Made by a program: the position numbers and the translations under genes
NCBI GenBank assembly: GCA_016432325.1
Contig: CP066684.1
Coordinates: 416,001 to 480,000 of the forward strand
Length of the DNA stretch: 64,000 bases
Origin: Candidatus Aenigmatarchaeota archaeon
GTDB taxonomy: Archaea; Aenigmatarchaeota; Aenigmatarchaeia; PWEA01; JACQIF01
Reading direction: 5' to 3'
Notes under the pieces: generated by a model
Seen by the model: the letters and a program-made list of their open reading frames with translations, nothing else
Databases searched by the model: none
What the model was told of the DNA's origin: nothing
Shown here: positions 18,275-27,412 of the stretch, piece by piece
Layout: each line of letters begins with the position of its first letter
Position numbering within the stretch: the first letter of the stretch is position 1

Positions 18275-21200
18275 TTACCCATCGGCGAGGGGGATGTCGC
18301 CTGTACGGGCCCGGCGGCCGGAGCCTATGCGCAGCGTGTGCGGCACCGAACCGCCGGCTTCCACGCCCACATTGCGGAAGCTGAACACCTCGAAAACGGC
18401 CTGAGCCGTGTCTGTCAGGGCATCCGTCGAGTTCACGAAGACGTCCATTATCCAGTCGCCTTCGTCAGGACCTTCGGGTATCGTGTAGTTGTATTCGTAC
18501 AGATAGCCATCTTCTCCTGACACGCTCACCTGCGAAATGTTCGTCATCTGGGATATGTTAACGAACTTCGTGCCGTTCACGGACGTTATGTTCAGGAACG
18601 CGCGGTCGATGAGGTTGCGCGTCGACGAATGCGTTATCTGGCTGCGTATCGTCACGACCTCCTGCTCTTCGAAGCTGACCTGGCCGACGAGCTGGTCGTT
18701 GTAGGTGTTCAGCGACTGGATGGTCAGCGTTACAGAGACGGCGCCCACAGTGAATGTTACTGTCGCGTTGCCTGAATTGCCGTCAAACGTAACCGTTGCG
18801 TTGGTTCTCCACGTTCCCGTGTCCGTCGTATCTGTGAAACGGAAGTCCGTCTCGTTGAAATAGCCTGTTGAGTTAGTGGTCGTGAAGACATGGTCGTGTT
18901 TGACGTACGAAGGCGTGGCGTTCTGCAGGCTCAACGTGATGTTGCGCGTTGAATTCTCCGCCTGCTCTGCGCCCAGAGCGAACGTCGGATCAGGGAACGT
19001 GTACGAACGCACGACGTAATCGTCGACCCATCCGTTGTAGAAGTTCGTGCCTGCGGCGCTGCCTATCGTGCGGTACTCTATCTTGTTCCAGGCATTCTCT
19101 ATGTCGCTGGCTGTCGCGCCCACAGAGGCGTTCTTCGTCGCCAGAAGGTCTCCCGTGTCGTTGTAGACGTAGAGCATTACATGCGTGGCGTTGAGCGAGG
19201 CTTCCAGATAGCCCTGGAAAGGCGAGTCGCGCGTGTCCGTCCCTGACACGGCTGACGCGCCCACGACGTCGTCATCATCCACCCTGCCTTCTACGTCGAC
19301 ATCAAGCGCGGCCTGCCTGCCCGTCGCGTGCGCGCGCAGCTTGTCCGGTACCGCATCCACGGACTCGACGAGACCGAAGAACGCTTCAATGTCCGCTGGA
19401 GTGAGGCCGCCGTTCGTTATGGTGCCGTTGAAGTGGAATCTTGTCGAGTTGCCGCTTACCGACGAGGACAGCGTCTGCTCGCGCACGAGCGGGGTCGCGA
19501 CAGGACATTCGTTTCCGGTCTGATTGAACTCTATCCGTTTGTCTGTGGAATTCCACCTTATGTACGAGTTGGTCGGGCTGCACGTGGCGGCCGGCGTCGC
19601 CAGCGAAGGGTCTGCGTCGTACGCGTCGTAGAACGCGAAGACGTTCGTGCCGTTGCTCTTCGATTCGGCGGCCGGATAACCGTAGTACATCGTCATCACG
19701 CGCGTAGAGGACGCGGGTATCGTAGGCATCTTGACCCAGATTTTCGTCGTCGTGCGGTTGGTCGTCGTTTCTATCCAGTACGACAGCTCTGCGCCGTCGG
19801 CATCCACGAACCTGACGTCAGAAGCGTTCGCGTTGAGCTTTCCGGCGCTCGTCAAACTCTGTGTGTTTATCGTCAGCTGTACGGGATGGTTCGTGCGCGC
19901 GACGGTGCTCCGGGCGTTCGATACGGTGATGTTTTGCCTGTACTCGAAACTGTGGTTCCACCAGAATGGGAACGTGAGGCTCGAAGCCGACGTGCCGTTG
20001 GCGAAGCGGACGCGAACGTCCATGCTTGTATTGGAAGGTACGCTGTATGGATCCACGTTGTTTGATATCGTTATCGTCAGTTCGTCCGTATACTTGAACG
20101 CGTTAGACGTCGTTTCGTCGAACGTGTTGCCTCCTGACCCCGTGGAGTTGATGGCCACGGTGCTCCAGTTGCCAAGCTGGTCGTCTGCGGCGAGAGTGTA
20201 CGACGTATGGTTCAGCCATCCGTTGTTGAACCCGACGAGCAGGTCGCTCTTCACTGTCGCCGAGGGGTCGCGTATGCGCACGCGGCCCGTTCCGGCGTTC
20301 ACGTACTGTCCCCGGCCGCCTGTCAGGCGGTAGTCTATCTGCGGACTGGGGCCGCCGCGATTGAAGACGTCCACGGGTATCGTGGTCGCGTTGACATAGT
20401 ACTGGCTGTCGATGTCCAGCACGTTCGTGGCGTTCGCGTCGTTGCCGTTCACGGCGCTGCTCGTGGTGCCTCCGTCATAGAAACGCGCGTCATACTGCCA
20501 GCTCTCGTTCAGGCCTGGCGTGTTGTTCGTGTATGTGTCGTTCGGGGCGCTTCCTGTGTTCACGTTCATAACGGCGCTGAAGCGGCCTGTCGTGGCGCTG
20601 ACAGAAGAAGTGTTCTCGAAGGCGCCGTTGCCGTAAGTGAAATTGAACAGCTGCACCGTCAGCGTTCTGGACGCATCGCCCGTCGGACTCTTGATTCTGT
20701 AGGTCCCGCCGTCCGAATGGAAGAGGATTGCCGTGATGTTTATGGTCTCGTTCTTGTTGTATATTTTCAGCGGCGTCCCGGTGGTCTCGCCGTAGATGTT
20801 GTTCTCCACGTTGGACGTGGCATTAAGGATTATCGTGTTGTTGACGACGAAGGTGGAGCCCGTCGCCTCTGCCATTGTATTGTTGAAATTGAAGGTCAGG
20901 TTTGCCGCTACCACGATGTGCTTGGCGGTCCATGTGCCCACGGCGTCTCCGTTGGGCGTTGTCCTGTCCCAGTTGATTGTCACGCCCGTATCGTTTCCCG
21001 TCGTCAGGTTCGTATTGTATTGCTCGGCGTTTGAAGGGTCATAGAGACGGACTGTCACGGAGGCGTTGATGCGCGGGGCATCATTGCGCGCGCCGACTAT
21101 CGTGGCGTTGATGCGATTGATGTCGCCCCTCATCACATCGCCAAAGAGCCTCGCGTCCGTGGAGTAGTACAGGGTGCTGTCGACGTCTACGTACGTGAAT

Positions 21201-22702
21201 GATGTCTGGTTTTCAATGTAGGCCCCCAACGCAGGATCCGTGGTGGTGTTCGGATAGTGTATGTGGAAAGCGTACTCTTTGCTCTCGTCCGTTCCGGGCG
21301 ATGCGCTTGCGTACGAATCCCCGCAGTCGTTTGCGATGCGGTCCGACCTGACGCCTGTGCCGCCGCTCGAGTTCAGGGCGACCGACGCGTTCAGCGTGCA
21401 GTGGCTCGTTGTAGTGTTCATCTCAACGCGCACGCTCCGCGCGCCAAGGCCCCTTCCCCAGGCGTCGCCGAGAATGAAGCTGTATTCCAGCGGCTCTCCC
21501 CTGTTGAGGGTCTTGTTGAGAACCGTAACCACATTTCTTGCCCTCGGCATTCCGGCGTCCATCACGAGCGTCAGGGTCTTCTCTACCCAGAAAGCGGCGG
21601 CCCTGACAGGCGAGCCGCCGGGCGCCAGGTCGGTCTGTATCGGCACCTCGCTCGCCGTCTGATTGACGAATCCCACGCCTGTGGAGGAGAAGTTCGTCCA
21701 CGACTCCCCGAGAAGCCTCGAGTTCGTCGAAAGATTCAGCGTCACGTTGTAGTCCTGCAGCGCCGCCGATTCAGGCATCGCCCAGAACACGCGGAACGAC
21801 TTGTTCGTGGAGTTTACGGCCAACGGCGACCTGAAGACCTCATGACTCGTCCTGTTGTAAACCAGAAGCGTCATGTTGGCCGGCGCGGCGGACCAGTTGG
21901 CGTTGCCTGTCGGAATGCTCGCGTTGGCGCTCAGGTTGAACTCCATATACACCCTGTCGCCGAGGACGAACTTCTTTTCCGCGGCCAGAAACGTGCTGTT
22001 GGCTGTCAGCAATGACGTCACATTGGCCCTTGCCTTTATCCAACCGACCGTCTGTTTGGACTTCTCAAACTGGCAGTCCGCACCCGGCACCAGACCGAAC
22101 GACGTGTCTGTCTGGTCCGAATCGCCGTGCCAGTCTTCGGCTTCTATGGCGCCGCTGGTGGAGACGACCATCACTGCCATGCGGAACGTGCCCGTATGGT
22201 TCAGGCCCGTTATCCACGCGCTTGTGGAACCCGTCCTGTTCCATGCGTTTATTTTGCCGAGGTCCGCCGTCCCGCTCACAAAATCCGTTCCCGTCCCGAC
22301 AGTAATCTGGGTCCTGTTGTACGCGTAGAAGGTGCCTGTCTTGGGGACTCGCCACCACGTACCGACCGTATCCTTCCACTGACTGCTCATGTTTACGTCG
22401 TCCCACAGGAGGGCAGACGTCACGTAAAGGTTTCTCGTCGTCGCGGACTGTTCAATGTTGTAGGACAGGTTGAAATCCGGATTGTCGTTAGCGTTCCAGT
22501 CGCTCTGTCCGTCGTCCTGTATGAACCTTACCTGAGCCTCGAAACCGCAGGCTGCCAGTATGTTCGAGACGTTCGCTGTCGCGTTCGCGGGCACCGCCGT
22601 GACTCCGTTATACGTAGCGGCCGACACGTCATGCGCAAGCATGATAAAAACGAAAGAAACGACGACGACCGCCAAGATAGAACGTCCGGAACCCATTTCC
22701 AC
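18275..22702 (-). CDS. Giant secreted surface protein with DUF2341-like domain and Ig-like repeats; distant paralog of the two other adhesins
   Basis: Signal peptide; WWN.SFEYRQNITV...DVRFVD..G.ELSYWIE...KIWVK.P.I...MYYG (DUF2341-like); shared GTFRM, GDRVY, GESWTNFS, FWVE, NRGE, DVDS.YY motifs. Confidence 0.82.
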   Translation of the reverse strand: MEMGSGRSILAVVVVSFVFIMLAHDVSAATYNGVTAVPANATANVSNILAACGFEAQVRFIQDDGQSDWNANDNPDFNLSYNIEQSATTRNLYVTSALLWDDVNMSSQWKDTVGTWWRVPKTGTFYAYNRTQITVGTGTDFVSGTADLGKINAWNRTGSTSAWITGLNHTGTFRMAVMVVSTSGAIEAEDWHGDSDQTDTSFGLVPGADCQFEKSKQTVGWIKARANVTSLLTANSTFLAAEKKFVLGDRVYMEFNLSANASIPTGNANWSAAPANMTLLVYNRTSHEVFRSPLAVNSTNKSFRVFWAMPESAALQDYNVTLNLSTNSRLLGESWTNFSSTGVGFVNQTASEVPIQTDLAPGGSPVRAAAFWVEKTLTLVMDAGMPRARNVVTVLNKTLNRGEPLEYSFILGDAWGRGLGARSVRVEMNTTTSHCTLNASVALNSSGGTGVRSDRIANDCGDSYASASPGTDESKEYAFHIHYPNTTTDPALGAYIENQTSFTYVDVDSTLYYSTDARLFGDVMRGDINRINATIVGARNDAPRINASVTVRLYDPSNAEQYNTNLTTGNDTGVTINWDRTTPNGDAVGTWTAKHIVVAANLTFNFNNTMAEATGSTFVVNNTIILNATSNVENNIYGETTGTPLKIYNKNETINITAILFHSDGGTYRIKSPTGDASRTLTVQLFNFTYGNGAFENTSSVSATTGRFSAVMNVNTGSAPNDTYTNNTPGLNESWQYDARFYDGGTTSSAVNGNDANATNVLDIDSQYYVNATTIPVDVFNRGGPSPQIDYRLTGGRGQYVNAGTGRVRIRDPSATVKSDLLVGFNNGWLNHTSYTLAADDQLGNWSTVAINSTGSGGNTFDETTSNAFKYTDELTITISNNVDPYSVPSNTSMDVRVRFANGTSASSLTFPFWWNHSFEYRQNITVSNARSTVARTNHPVQLTINTQSLTSAGKLNANASDVRFVDADGAELSYWIETTTNRTTTKIWVKMPTIPASSTRVMTMYYGYPAAESKSNGTNVFAFYDAYDADPSLATPAATCSPTNSYIRWNSTDKRIEFNQTGNECPVATPLVREQTLSSSVSGNSTRFHFNGTITNGGLTPADIEAFFGLVESVDAVPDKLRAHATGRQAALDVDVEGRVDDDDVVGASAVSGTDTRDSPFQGYLEASLNATHVMLYVYNDTGDLLATKNASVGATASDIENAWNKIEYRTIGSAAGTNFYNGWVDDYVVRSYTFPDPTFALGAEQAENSTRNITLSLQNATPSYVKHDHVFTTTNSTGYFNETDFRFTDTTDTGTWRTNATVTFDGNSGNATVTFTVGAVSVTLTIQSLNTYNDQLVGQVSFEEQEVVTIRSQITHSSTRNLIDRAFLNITSVNGTKFVNISQMTNISQVSVSGEDGYLYEYNYTIPEGPDEGDWIMDVFVNSTDALTDTAQAVFEVFSFRNVGVEAGGSVPHTLRIGSGRRARTGDIPLADG

Positions 22703-22787
22703 ACCGCTAGAAAACGGATAGGGAGAGACCCATTATTAAACGCGTCAAACAGCGAAATGTTTTATACTGAAACCAAGCACTTCTCGT

Positions 22788-23273
22788 ATGCTCGGCTTCG
22801 TGGAACGATATCTTGGATTCAGGGTAAACTGGACGAGGGTGGCGTTCCTCGCGGCGGCCGTTGTCGCGATAGCCGTCGCCGTTCTCGGCCTGCTTCCCGC
22901 GTCTCCTGCAGGCATTCCATTTGCGCCAAGCCAGACGGAATTCCAACGCCAGGAACAGCAGTTTCTGGAAAAGGTGGAGAGCGGCGAAGTGGAACCTGTT
23001 CTCACGCAGGAGGTCCGCGTGACGAGCGCCGGCTTTGACCCGCAGTTCGCACTGATAGAGTTCGTGCAGGCAACGCAACCCGGAGAGCGCGGGGTCGCGC
23101 GGGTGCTGATAAGGAACGCGGACTCGCGCGTACGGACTATCGTATTGGGACAGAACGACGTTCGCACGCTCACGCCTGGATATCAATTCACGTTAACGTT
23201 CAACGCACCGACAGAAATCGAGATATGGGACAAGGACGCGCCTTCTGTAAGAGGAAAGATTTTCGTCAGATAG
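22788..23273 (+). CDS. Membrane-anchored cupredoxin-fold-like protein lacking copper ligands
   Basis: TM helix; VRVTSAGFDP...IRNAD...LTPG.QFTLTF...P.VRGKIFV pattern; no Cys or His. Confidence 0.6.
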   Translation: MLGFVERYLGFRVNWTRVAFLAAAVVAIAVAVLGLLPASPAGIPFAPSQTEFQRQEQQFLEKVESGEVEPVLTQEVRVTSAGFDPQFALIEFVQATQPGERGVARVLIRNADSRVRTIVLGQNDVRTLTPGYQFTLTFNAPTEIEIWDKDAPSVRGKIFVR

Positions 23274-23323
23274 GCCGACGAAAACCCGAGAGGCATCTCA
23301 AGATCTTTGTAAGGCGAGCGGGC

Positions 23324-24133
23324 TCAGCTCTTGGGAATATCCTTGGTCTTCGCCATGACGGTCGTGTTCACCCAGATTTTCTCCACGGGGTCCACGCGCA
23401 GCGACGAATTGAAGCCGAAGACGCGGCCAACCGTTATGTTCACCGTGTTAGCCGAGCCTGTGAAGTTTATCATGTAGACGCTCGTTCCGGTGCGGGAAAC
23501 GGAGCTTGTGAATGTGCGGTTCAGGACCGATATGTGCAGGGTCATGTTTCCGGACGTTTCGGATATCGTGGATATGTTGGCCGCGGAAACGCCTGACGTG
23601 AGCGGCACCACAAAGACCTCATAACGGGTGATGAAGTTCGCGCTCGTATCCTTCTGGAGAACGCTTATGTTGTTCTTCGCAAAGTCCGAATAGTTGTAGG
23701 CGGCGTTCATGCCTGTTATCGTGAAAAACGACTGGTTGGCCGGAACGCTCGCATTGAAATCCAGCGCGTATGAAAGGTTCATCTGGTCGGCCAGGAAATC
23801 GCGGTAGGCCTTGAACGACACGTTATAAGGCTGGACGCGCGGCGCCTTGTCGGTGAAGTTCACGAACGTATGGGTTCGATTGGCCGTGACGCGAACGCCG
23901 ACATCCGCGAGCTTTTGCACGTGCGAGCCCGCGTAGAGGAACGCCTGCGGGATGCCGATGTCCTCGCTTGTGGCGAGTTCGAGGTCGCTGGCAAAGACCC
24001 TGTAGTTGGTCAGAAGCGAAACAAGCGAGACGGCTATGAGGACGGACATCAATGTGAAAACGATTCCCTTTGCGACGTTTTCAGTCTTCCCTCTTCTTCG
24101 GGAAGGCGTAAAGACTATTCCGCGCCGGCTCAC
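23324..24133 (-). CDS. Pilin-like protein (class III signal peptide, duplicated GIVFT motif)
   Basis: RRGIVFT-13aa-GIVFTLMSVLIAVSLV. Confidence 0.75.
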   Translation of the reverse strand: MSRRGIVFTPSRRRGKTENVAKGIVFTLMSVLIAVSLVSLLTNYRVFASDLELATSEDIGIPQAFLYAGSHVQKLADVGVRVTANRTHTFVNFTDKAPRVQPYNVSFKAYRDFLADQMNLSYALDFNASVPANQSFFTITGMNAAYNYSDFAKNNISVLQKDTSANFITRYEVFVVPLTSGVSAANISTISETSGNMTLHISVLNRTFTSSVSRTGTSVYMINFTGSANTVNITVGRVFGFNSSLRVDPVEKIWVNTTVMAKTKDIPKS

Positions 24134-24621
24134 AAGGACACCCCGAGACGGACCTTGGCTATGGCCGTCATGTTCTTCACCTGCGACGACGCGGATTCGT
24201 TGACCATTATGGGAACGGGCCTGGACGCGTATACCGCGTCCCTTTCCTCCGGTATCATATTGACCGTCAACGTGCGGTCGAACGTGAGCCCGCCGGTGGG
24301 CGTTACGTTGAAATAGTCCACGATGAACGCATAGCGGACAAACGACGGCAGCGTCTGGTTCACAGTGGCGTTTATCGCGTCCGCGTTCCTCGAGTCGAAC
24401 GCGCCTCTCTCCTCCATCACGGCCAGCGTGTCGATGGACATGCGTTCGAGGACGGCCTCGCTTCTCGACGGCTGTTCGACGGTGAAGGAGAACGACAGGA
24501 TTGCAAAGGCTATTATGGCCGCGCCGATGAGCGAATCGACTGTGAAGACAAAGCCCTTTGTGCTGTTTTCAAGCTTCCCGCGCTGCGCTTGTGAAGCAGT
24601 AAAAACAAAGTTTTTGTCCAT
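24130..24621 (-). CDS. Pilin-like protein (class III signal peptide, duplicated FVFT motif)
   Basis: KNFVFT-13aa-KGFVFTVDSLIGAAII. Confidence 0.78.
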   Translation of the reverse strand: MDKNFVFTASQAQRGKLENSTKGFVFTVDSLIGAAIIAFAILSFSFTVEQPSRSEAVLERMSIDTLAVMEERGAFDSRNADAINATVNQTLPSFVRYAFIVDYFNVTPTGGLTFDRTLTVNMIPEERDAVYASRPVPIMVNESASSQVKNMTAIAKVRLGVSL

Positions 24622-24622
24622 G

Positions 24623-25249
24623 TCATGGCCTCCACAGCGTCACGCGCAGAGTGCAGTTGCGCGAATTCTCCGTCATCACGTAGCGGTCTATTGAAATCTG
24701 TTCCTTGGCGCCCGCCGGCTGGGCGCCTACTGTCAGGTTCGTGGACTGGACCGTGCAGTTGGAGCCGCCGCTTGTCAGCAGCTGCACGTAAAGGCTGTTT
24801 GGTCCTGTCGAGAGGTTGCCGCGCAGGTCTTTGGCCGTCATCCGCGTCAGCGCGATGAGCTTGTCATCCGCAAGGCGATGGTCTCCGTATGCCAATCCCA
24901 CGCTCTTGATATTCGTCGAGTTGTACCAGCCGTCGGGCTCTCCTGACGTAAGAACGAGCTGGTCGCTAAGCCCGATGAGCCTGTCCTGCGTTCTCCTGAA
25001 CTCCTCGGAGTCTGCCACGGAATGGGATATGGAAGACTCCGCGTGCAGGACGCCCGCTATCGATATCGTGAATATGACAAGCGCCAACACGACGTCCAGA
25101 GAGACGGCCTGTCCCTTTCCCGACAGAAGGAGGGAAAACTGAAACCGCGTTTCAGATTTTCCTGCCCCAAGGGCGGGAAAATCGTTCGCACGCGGCGAGG
25201 CCGCGGCCCCGCCGTCTTCAGCACGTCTGCACATTCGTACCGTCCGCAT
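24623..25249 (-). CDS. Pilin-like protein; start uncertain, leader filled with hairpins
   Basis: KG/QAVSLDVVLALVIF; TSGEPDGW motif. Confidence 0.72.
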   Translation of the reverse strand: MRTVRMCRRAEDGGAAASPRANDFPALGAGKSETRFQFSLLLSGKGQAVSLDVVLALVIFTISIAGVLHAESSISHSVADSEEFRRTQDRLIGLSDQLVLTSGEPDGWYNSTNIKSVGLAYGDHRLADDKLIALTRMTAKDLRGNLSTGPNSLYVQLLTSGGSNCTVQSTNLTVGAQPAGAKEQISIDRYVMTENSRNCTLRVTLWRP

Positions 25250-25796
25250 TCCAGCACTTCACCTCTATATTGTCACCCGTGTTGTTGACGTTCACGAGCG
25301 CCGTTCTCAGATCCGCGTCCTTTACCTTCGCCGTTATCAGTCTCGCCGATATTATAAGGGTCTCGTTCCTCGGCCCCGGCCACGTCATCTCCACCTTGCG
25401 ATATTTGCCGAGAACCTTGAACGTGGTCGCGTTCTGCACTCCCGCCCGGGCGGCTACCGTGATGTTCGTCTGGAAGCCCTTGCCGCCTATGGCCGCGGCG
25501 TCGATGGCGCCGGACACCTTCTCCACCTCGCGCTGCGCCGCAAACTGCTGGCGCGCCTTTTCGACGTTCAGGTTGCGTTCGTTGAGGGAAAATAATATGA
25601 TTGAAGCGAGAACAAGGACGATGCCTGCCACGACCATGAACTCGATCCCTGTTTGCGCCTTTCCCGTGCACGAGAAGCTTCGCTTCTCGGCATGTTCGGC
25701 CTTCGGGCCGAACTTTTCGGACCGAGTCCGAAAATGTCGGGACCTGTGGGTCCCGTACACCCGCAGGAGGGAAACCGTTTTCACATTCAATACCAT
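25218..25796 (-). CDS. Pilin-like protein (Q+1/E+5 class III signal); leader contains four-hairpin element
   Basis: KA/QTGIEFMVVAGIVL; start placed at ATG 25796. Confidence 0.78.
   Translation of the reverse strand: MVLNVKTVSLLRVYGTHRSRHFRTRSEKFGPKAEHAEKRSFSCTGKAQTGIEFMVVAGIVLVLASIILFSLNERNLNVEKARQQFAAQREVEKVSGAIDAAAIGGKGFQTNITVAARAGVQNATTFKVLGKYRKVEMTWPGPRNETLIISARLITAKVKDADLRTALVNVNNTGDNIEVKCWNADGTNVQTC
25667..25759 (-). mobile_element. 93-bp four-hairpin palindromic element, in frame
   Basis: Same scaffold as 8118..8213 with different stem sequences; flanked by CGGG on both sides (coding strand). Confidence 0.75.
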
Positions 25797-25800
25797 TAAA

Positions 25801-26262
25801 TTACCCCGCAGACGGCCTGAGGCTCTGCACCTCAAGCGTATAGTTCATGGCAACAGAGCCTCCCGAACCGCCCTGGCTGACTCCCCTGAAAACGTACGTG
25901 CCTGCCGCGCCGGGCAGCGTCCCCGTAACGTTGCAGGCAGTCGTCGCCGTCACCGCGCTTTCCGCGTCCTTCGACGTCAGTATCAGCTTTATCGTCCTGT
26001 TGCCTATAGAGCTGGCCATCAGGTTAACCTCCCGCGGAATGTAGACGTCCCTGCGCGACGTCGTGTTTTTCGGCGCCGTGCACAGGAAATTCGCCATGTC
26101 CGCAAGCTCGTTCGCGGCCACGCGCGCCTCTGCGACGCGCAGCGAGGCTGTCTGGTTCGCGAATAGGTTCAGGGAAGTCGCGAGCACCACGACCAGCGCC
26201 GCCGTCAGGAAGACCGCTAGCATCATATACTCTACGGACGTCTGGCCGGCGCGCGACTCCAT
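25801..26262 (-). CDS. Pilin-like protein (Q+1/E+5 class III signal)
   Basis: RAG/QTSVEYMMLAVFL; own TTTTATA box ~21 nt upstream. Confidence 0.82.
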   Translation of the reverse strand: MESRAGQTSVEYMMLAVFLTAALVVVLATSLNLFANQTASLRVAEARVAANELADMANFLCTAPKNTTSRRDVYIPREVNLMASSIGNRTIKLILTSKDAESAVTATTACNVTGTLPGAAGTYVFRGVSQGGSGGSVAMNYTLEVQSLRPSAG

Positions 26263-26300
26263 GTGCTAGATTGGAGGGCCTCATATAAAACCGCCCGGCC

Positions 26301-26711
26301 TCATTTGGCCGTTATGTTCACGGCCGTCGCTTCACGTTCGACCTCGAACGCGTAAGTACCGCCTACCGACGGCAGGCTGCCGTTGAGTTCGCATCTCGAC
26401 GTGGCCGACACGAACTCGAGCCTGTCCTTGTAGCGCAGGGCGAACGCGACTGTCCTGTTGGCGACGGAACTGTTCATTGGGTCAATGTGAAGCGGTACGG
26501 GAAGCAGTACCTCTGTCTTCGAACCTTGCGGCTGAAGGCATATCTCGTTGGCCGCGTCAGTGAGCGACGTAACGGTAAGCCGGGCCTGGCTCAGCGAGCC
26601 CTCAAAGGAGCGGCCGCCCATGAAGTCTGCGGATATGAAGAACAGCACCGTGAAGAGCAGCGCGCCGATGAGGGAGATGGAAATATATTCTATCGCGGCT
26701 TGCGCTTTCAT
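26301..26711 (-). CDS. Pilin-like protein (Q+1/E+5 class III signal), paralog of 25801..26262
   Basis: MKA/QAAIEYISISLI; shared AN..C..P...C...G.LP...GTY.F pattern. Confidence 0.82.
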   Translation of the reverse strand: MKAQAAIEYISISLIGALLFTVLFFISADFMGGRSFEGSLSQARLTVTSLTDAANEICLQPQGSKTEVLLPVPLHIDPMNSSVANRTVAFALRYKDRLEFVSATSRCELNGSLPSVGGTYAFEVEREATAVNITAK

Positions 26712-26750
26712 GACCAATCTAAGGCCGTCCCCGTATAAAACGGCCCGTCA

Positions 26751-27371
26751 TCAGTCCGTCTGGGCTCTGGCCTTGAGTGTCGTCGACGGCGCATAGATGA
26801 CGTTCGTCTCGGTATCGGTGTAGTTGAATGTCAGCTTTACGGAGTAGATGCCTCCTATGCTCTTGGTTATGCCGTGAAGCGTCGTGTTTATGGGCAGGAC
26901 CCGCGTCGCCGTCTCTCCGGGGAACAGTGTTGCAGGCGTAACGTTCGTCACCAGTTGCGTCAGCGTGGACTTGTCTATTTCTGTTACGTTAATCGAATTG
27001 AGCGTTATCTTGTTGGCGCCGTTGTTTTGGACCACCACGGTGAACGTATCGTTGACGTTGTCCCCGCCCGTAACGCCCCATTTGTGGCCGATGACTGCCA
27101 GCTGTTCGAACTGTTGCGAAAGCGACGAACCCGAGCTTGACAAGGAGAATCCTATATCGCCTATGTTGAGGCTGAAGATGGCCACGCCCACGATAACCAC
27201 TATGGCGATGGCCCACGCGTAGTTCATGAGATACTCGATGGCGGCCTGTCCGCGCCTGTTCCCCGACGGTATCTCAACACCACGCCTGCTGGCGCGGTTC
27301 ATTAGATACTCGATGGCGGCCTGTCCGCGCCTTTGCATTTGCCGTATTGGTTTTCCTGCCGTCCTTTTCAT
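26751..27371 (-). CDS. Type IV pilin (GQxAIEYLMNYAWAI family) with duplicated cleavage motif
   Basis: RRGQAAIEYLMN occurs twice; start placed at ATG 27371. Confidence 0.85.
   Translation of the reverse strand: MKRTAGKPIRQMQRRGQAAIEYLMNRASRRGVEIPSGNRRGQAAIEYLMNYAWAIAIVVIVGVAIFSLNIGDIGFSLSSSGSSLSQQFEQLAVIGHKWGVTGGDNVNDTFTVVVQNNGANKITLNSINVTEIDKSTLTQLVTNVTPATLFPGETATRVLPINTTLHGITKSIGGIYSVKLTFNYTDTETNVIYAPSTTLKARAQTD
27222..27332. repeat. 36-bp direct repeat (1 mismatch) with 39-bp spacer
   Basis: 27222..27257 and 27297..27332. Confidence 0.95.
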
Positions 27372-27412
27372 AGTAGCCGTCAACATTTCAGAAGAACAGA
27401 ATAAAAAGACGC

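Noticed and set aside
23274-23326. Stop-codon readthrough extending 23324..24133
   Set aside because: Extension simply runs antisense into the neighbouring gene; no SECIS/pyl evidence
24053-25230. Leader inserts as bulge-helix-bulge introns
   Set aside because: I could not build a 3-4-3 BHB motif at the boundaries by eye and inserts keep the reading frame; not excluded without RNA data
27222-27332. 36-bp repeat / 39-bp spacer as a mini-CRISPR
   Set aside because: Dimensions fit, but the repeat is the pilin cleavage-motif coding sequence, only two copies, no leader or cas genes
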